Positions 58,318 to 64,000 of a DNA stretch of 64,000 nucleotides are shown piece by piece. The DNA lies in contig NIVC01000633.1 in the NCBI GenBank assembly GCA_002269645.1, positions 124,001 through 188,000 of the forward strand, given 5' to 3'. The stretch is from Macrostomum lignano (Eukaryota). A program made the position numbers and the translations under genes. The stretch's first letter is position 1. Each line of letters begins with the position of its first letter. The notes under the pieces were generated by a model. The model worked only from the letters and a program-made list of their open reading frames with translations. It had not been told where the DNA came from and did not search any database.

Positions 58318-58968
58318 GATCTGGAATCTCCCAAATCCCATGCATTAAGCCTGGAATCTCCCAAATCCCATGCATTGGGTCTGAAAACTCCCAAATCTCA
58401 TGCATTGGGTCTGGAATCTCCCAAATCCCATGCATTGGGTCTGGAATCTCCCAAATCTCATGCATTGGATCTGGAATCTCCCAAATCCCATGCATTGGGT
58501 CTGGAATCTCCCAAATCTCATGCATTGGATCTGGAATCTCCCAAATCTCATGCATTGGGTCTGGAATCTCCCAAATCCCATGTATTAAGCTTGGAATCTC
58601 CAAAGTCTCATGCATTAAGCTTGGAATCTCCCAAGTCTCATGCATTATGCTTGGAATCTCCCAAGTCTCATGCATTATGCTTGGAATCTCCCAAGTCTCA
58701 TGCATTAAGCTTGGAATCTCCCAAATCTCATGCATTAAGCTTGGAATCTCCCAAATCTCATGCATTAAGCTTGGAATCTCCCAAATCCCATGCATTAAGC
58801 TTGGAATCTCCCAAATCTCATGCATTAAGCTTGGAATCTCCCAAGTCTCATGCATTATGCTTGGAATCTCCCAAATCTCATGCATTATGCTTGGAATCTC
58901 CCAAGTCTCATGCATTATGCTTGGAATCTCCCAAATCTCATGCATTATACTTGGAATCTCCCAAATCA
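58318..58968. repeat. 30-bp minisatellite in TTBK intron 2
   Basis: Unit TGGAATCTCCCAAATC(T/C)CATGCATT(GGGTC/AAGCT), about 21 copies. Confidence 0.93.
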
Positions 58969-59444
58969 CGTTTTAGTATCCAGTAGTCTTCAAAATATAA
59001 TGTATATGATGCCTTGGCTTTTCTTAAGTAATTAAGTAATTTATTTACAATCGTCCCAACAGAGGAACTTGAATCCCTCGGCCATCGAATGTCTCCAGCT
59101 GCCTGCCCAACCAGTGATTTGGATTCTGCACTTTAGTGTCCCGTCTAACCTTTAGCCGGCTTCTTTCCATTTTGCCTCATCAAAATTCGCAAATGATCCG
59201 CTTAGTCAATCAGTTTTTCTTCCCATCCCCTGGGAGCCCCAGCTGGTGGGGGAGTTTGTGCTGGGCATTTCCAGCTTTTATTTCCTCCTCTGACTGGCAT
59301 TTCGCCATGGTTGCAAATAAAAATTTTACGAATTTTGGAGACTCGCGCTGGCAAATTTGTGTTTATTATTGCCGGCGTTTTGTGGGATCTGCCTAGCTTT
59401 AGTGGCAGTGGGGAGTGGTGTTGGACTGTGGGAAATGGTGGAAC

Positions 59445-60420
59445 AGTGGGGTAGAGGTGATGGGGCAGTGGGGTAGAGGTGATGGGGCAGTGGGGTAGAG
59501 GTGATGGGGCAGTGGGGTAGAGGTGATGGGGCAGTGGGGCAGAGGTGATGTGGCAGTGGGTGATGGGGCAGAGGTGATGTGGCAGTGGGTGATGTGGCAG
59601 TGGGTGATGTGGCAGTGGGTGATGGGGCAGTGGGGCAGAGGTGATGTGGCAGTGGGTGATGGGGCAGTGGGGTAATGGGGCAGTGGGGCAGAGGTGATGT
59701 GGCAGTGGGTAATGGGGCAATGGGTGATGGGGCAGTGGGTGATGTGGCTGTGGGTAATGGGGCAGTGGGGCAGAGGTGATGTGGCAGTGGGTGATGGGGC
59801 AGAGGTGATGTGGCAGTGGGTGATGTGGCAGTGGGTGATGGGGCAGTGGGGCAGAGGTGATGTGGCAGTGGGTGATGGGGCAGAGGTGATGTGGCAGTGG
59901 GTGATGGGGCAGTGGGTGATGGGGCAGAGGTGATGTGGCAGTGGGTGATGGGGCAGTGGGTGATGGGGCAGTGGGGCAGAGGTGATGGGGCAGTGGGGCA
60001 GAGGTGATGGGGCAGTGGGGCAGAGGTGATGGGGCAGTGAGTGATGGGGCAATGGGTGATGGGGCAGTGGGGCAGAGGTGATGTGGCTGTGGGTGATGGG
60101 GCAGAGGTGATGGGGCAGTGGGGCAGAGGTGATGTGGCAGTGGGTGATGGGGCAGAGGTGATGGGGCAGTGGGGCAGAGGTGATGTGGCAGTGGGTGATG
60201 GGGCAGAGGTGATGTGGCAGTGGGTGATGGGGCAGTGGGTGATGGGGCAGTGGGGCAGAGGTGATGTGGCAGTGGGTGATGGGGCAGTGGGGCAGAGGTG
60301 ATAGGGCAGTGAGTGATGGGGCAATGGGTGATGGGGCAGTGGGGCAGAGGTGATGTGGCTGTGGGTGATGGGGCAGAGGTGATGTGGCAGTGGGTAATGG
60401 GGCTGTGGGTGATTGGGCAA
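59445..60420. repeat. G-rich complex tandem repeat in TTBK intron 2
   Basis: Mosaic of GGGGCAGTGGGTGAT, GGGGCAGAGGTGAT and GTGGCAGTG units. Confidence 0.9.
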
Positions 60421-60538
60421 TGGAGTCTGGAGCAATGGGTGAGAAGGCAGGATTTGTAAATCAGTGACGGCAGCTGAGCACAGTCAGCCACTTGAGTCCG
60501 GCCTGCTGACCCGAAGTTCGTCGCCGCCCTCCCCCCAG

Positions 60539-61213
60539 GTGGGCCGCATCAAGGAGACGTACGACCACTCGCAGATGCTCCGCTACCTGCCCAGCGAGTT
60601 CCGGCCGTTCCTGGAGCACGTGAGCAAGCTGGCCTACTTTGACAAGCCCGACTACCGCTACCTGTGCGGCCTGCTGGACCAGTGCGCCAAGCGGAAGTCC
60701 ATCCGGCTGTCGGAGCCGTTCGACTGGGAGCAGCCTCCAGCCTCCGCTAGCGACATCAACAGTGCCGCCGTGTCGACCAGCGCCTCAGCTGTCGGTGGCG
60801 GCGGCGGCGGCGGCGGTGGCGGCGGCGGGTCCCGCAACGTCCAACCGCAGCAGCAGCCGCACGGCAGCGGCCGCACGCGGTCCAGCAACATCCCCGTGCT
60901 GGTGCGCCAGACCTCGGACGCTGGCGGCGGCGAGGCTAGTAGAAATTCTGCTTCTAGAAGGCAGCAACATACTCCTCAGCAGCAGCAACAGCAGCAGCAG
61001 CAGCAGCAGTCCTCATCGCACCTGCTCCGCTCCACCGAGGCGGCAGCCACCGGCGACCCTCGGCCAGCGAGGTCATCCAAGATCACCGCCAGCGTCGGCG
61101 GCCCGGAGACCAACGCCTACAACCAGCCGGACGACGGCTACGACGCCAGCAACGCGCCGGACGCTACGCGGGCCTACCAGCAGCCCGGGACCAACTGGCT
61201 GGACGAGTCTCAG
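60539..61213 (+). CDS. TTBK: Tau-tubulin kinase, coding exon 3
   Basis: VGRIKETYDH...FLEHVSKLAYFDKPDY...EPFDWE, then low-complexity tail. Acceptor CCCCCCAG, donor CAG|GTTTGG. Confidence 0.88.
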
Positions 61214-61227
61214 GTTTGGACCTTCAA

Positions 61228-61321
61228 GCTTATGGTGTTCATCTCACAGCCCTTATGGTGCTCATCTCACAGCCCTTATGGTGCTCATCTCACAGCTCTT
61301 ATGGTGCTCATCTCACAGCTC
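61228..61321. repeat. 23-bp minisatellite in TTBK intron 3
   Basis: About 4 copies of CTTATGGTGCTCATCTCACAGC(C/T). Confidence 0.8.
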
Positions 61322-61407
61322 AAATCGTCATAATCTCTTCTAGTACGAGATGCCCCAAAGACTTGATGACTCACTCAGCCGCTCACCACCCGCGCCTCCC
61401 CAAACAG

Positions 61408-62259
61408 GTGAGCGAGCAGCGACAGCGGGCCGGCTGCCAGCAGAACAATTTCCACACCGACAAACACAGAGTCATGTCGCTGGTCAGCAACATTCTCGAC
61501 AGGCGGGGCGGCAGCGGCGGAGGCGGCAGCAGCGGCCGCAGCGGCCACGACGACCTTCGAAAAGTGGCTTCGCTGCGTGAGCTGCTGCCGGTGCCCCGGA
61601 GCGCAGGCAGCCAGCAGCAGCAGCAGCAGCGCCAGGCTCGGCCTGCCGCCGTCTCCGCCTCCTCCGGTGCCGGCAAGGCGTCGCGCTCCCGCTCCGAGCA
61701 CCGCCTCCCGCTGCCGCCCTCCTCGGCCTCGACAGCGGCGTCGGCAGCGACCGCAGCGACTCCGCCGACGGCAGGCGGCGCTGCCTCGTCCAAGCCAACG
61801 CCGAAGCCCCGGAAGACGCACAGCGAGCGCCAGCCGCCGCCGCAGCCGCGCCAGCGCGGAGGCAGCCACCAGCAGCATCTGCTGGCCAGCGGCAGCAACG
61901 GAGCCGCGGCAGCCGCAGCAGCAGCAGCAGCAGCCGCCGCCTCCAGCAACTCGGCCTTGCGCGCCTCCAAGTCCGACTTTCACCTGCTGCGTCGGGCGTC
62001 GGCAAGCGGCGCTGCCGTCAACACCGCAGCTGCAGCAGCCGCCGCCGCTCACCACCACGGACTGCTGGGCACCAGCGCCAACGGCACTTCGCCGGGCTCA
62101 GCCGCGGCGCTGGGCGGAGGCGGCGGGCAGCTGCCGAGGCCGCCCGACACGCCGCCGCCGCCCAGCCGCATCAGCGGCAGCAAGGCCCGCCGGCGCCGCT
62201 TTAAACCGTCGCAGACGACCGCCAGCCAGGAGGCGCCCAGCACCTCCGCCACGGAGTGA
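61408..62259 (+). CDS. TTBK: Tau-tubulin kinase, probable last coding exon (low-complexity tail)
   Basis: Phase-0 acceptor CCCCAAACAG at 61407; GC-rich open frame ending ...SKARRRRFKP...SATE*. Total about 742 aa. Confidence 0.65.
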   Translation: MSEQRQRAGCQQNNFHTDKHRVMSLVSNILDRRGGSGGGGSSGRSGHDDLRKVASLRELLPVPRSAGSQQQQQQRQARPAAVSASSGAGKASRSRSEHRLPLPPSSASTAASAATAATPPTAGGAASSKPTPKPRKTHSERQPPPQPRQRGGSHQQHLLASGSNGAAAAAAAAAAAAASSNSALRASKSDFHLLRRASASGAAVNTAAAAAAAAHHHGLLGTSANGTSPGSAAALGGGGGQLPRPPDTPPPPSRISGSKARRRRFKPSQTTASQEAPSTSATE

Positions 62260-63704
62260 GGCGGCCGGTGAAGAAGACGGTGATTGATGATGAAGCAGTT
62301 AGCCTAGTCCCAGCTTCCCAGCTCAGCCACCTCCTGCTATATGCTAATATTAATATTTTATTTTGCCTCGCCGTGGGGGATGTCGGGGATTTGACACAAT
62401 TTGTGCCTCGGTCTCGTCTTTCGTAATCCCAAAAAATTGCACCACCTGTTGAGCTGCTGACTCGGGCTGACCGCGAGCTTCTAGAAATGATAAAGGTAGA
62501 AATGGTGAACTTGCTGGTACAGTTGCGTACCTGGATTAGGCTGGACAGCCTGACAGCAGCGGATGGGAGCTGATTCATTACTCTGTGGATTGCCATTCAC
62601 CCCTACACATACTTGGATTTCGCTGTATTGATATCGAATTAACCCGCCTGTCTGTCTGAGTTCTCCGGCCACGCGAATGCTTCATTTTGGCTTATCCTAT
62701 TCTATATATGCTACTATAGCTGTTACTAATCGCTATGCTATGATTATTTATTTATGCTGTCTGCCAGCCCGGCATGCACTGTACAGAGCAGCCTCATCAC
62801 CGGCTGCTGGGCTGCTGGCACCCGGGCGCAGTCCGTGTAAGGAAAGCGAGTTGGTCGACAATCCAAGCATTAAGCGCTTTATTTGTTTTTATTTATTTGT
62901 GTGTGCGAGAGCTCAGCCTCCGCTTTCAGGGCCAAGGCAAGCGCAGCAAAGCTTTGCAAGTCTGCTTTTGTCTGCTGCTTTTTTCATTTTCTATTCGAGC
63001 AAAGTCCCAAGGAATTTTATTATTATTACTATTAATATTATTACAAATTATTATTTTACACAAACTGCTTCTGTTCCACTTGCGCGGTCACCAAAATCTC
63101 CGTTTCAGGCAGCGGCGCCTCGCGACAATTTCCAAATAAAATGCCTTAAACTGCCTGCTTATAGTAGTGTCAGCAGTAGCAAGTGATTTGATTAATTTGA
63201 TTAATTCTATTTGATTAATTCTACACAATGTCAGCTCCTCGGACCTCTGAGCGATTTGATTGAATGACTGATTTTCGCACTTGCCGCCTGCGCACAAGTC
63301 CCTCCTGCTGTCTGTGATTGGCGCCGCCACAGCCCTTTGTGTATTTCTATCGCATCTTCATTTCCTGTGCTTTGATGCCCATTGCTAATATTATTATTAT
63401 TACTATGCATATTGCTAATGTAGCGCAAGTATTGCCTTCTGACAGGAGCGCAGCCGTGCATACCAGTTTTTATTGTGTTATTATTTTATTCATCATAATA
63501 TTACTATCATTATTATTAATATTGTTTTTAGCGCAGATTTTTTTGCTGCTAACTGAACCAACTTTATTCATGCCTTGGGTTTGTCCTGCGTGCGCGCTTG
63601 CGGCTGACTTGGAATGCCATCTTGCATCTCCCTGTTTCTCCTATGCAGACTCTCAGCTCAGCTCTAATCTCCACGACGCCCCCTCACCCCAAGCCCCAGT
63701 TGCT

Positions 63705-64000
63705 GCCGCACCCCAAGCGGAGCCCCCAGCCCAGCACCCCAAGCGGAGCCCACAGCCCAGCACCCCAAGCGGAGCCCACAGCCCAGCACCCCAAGCGGAG
63801 CCCACAGCCCAGCACCCCAATCGGAGCCCACAGCCCAGCACCCCAATCGGAGCCCACAGCCCAGCACCCCAAGCGGAGCCCACAGCCCAGCACCCCAAGC
63901 AAAGCCCACAGCCCAGCACTCCAAGCGGAGCCCACAGCCCAGCACCCCAAGCAAAGCCCACAGCCCAGCACCCCAAGCGGAGCCCACAGCCCAGCACCCC
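63705..64000. repeat. 26-bp minisatellite, truncated by the window end
   Basis: Unit CACCCCAAGCGGAGCCCACAGCCCAG. Confidence 0.92.

Overview
Eukaryotic (animal) genomic DNA. GC-rich exons and introns filled with private minisatellites suggest a Macrostomum-like flatworm; this is inference, as no database search was possible. Five host genes can be assembled from GT-AG sites: PKD2/polycystin-2 (minus strand, runs off the left edge), a frizzled receptor, ERH, CD2BP2 (GYF protein) and a tau-tubulin kinase. The main feature is a 13,110-bp Polinton/Maverick (adintovirus-like) element at 10497-23606, inserted in a 40/42-bp satellite with AGTAG...CTACT ends and a 6-bp TSD (CCACTG). It is a near-palindrome: ~4.8-kb inverted arms each carry minor capsid, major capsid and three other ORFs. 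The 3.4-kb unique core holds the packaging ATPase, a coiled-coil ORF, a membrane-type ORF, a frameshifted adenain-like protease and only the last ~95 codons of the protein-primed PolB. No integrase is visible. The inner junction shows a two-step template switch with a third, 207-bp MCP fragment. Also present: a young Gypsy element with identical 142-bp LTRs and a 5-bp TSD, two MITEs with TSDs, tRNA-derived SINE sequences, a gag relic, a MEF2/CRE/AP-1/TATA cluster upstream of PKD2, and about 20 tandem arrays. Family names come from motif recognition only.
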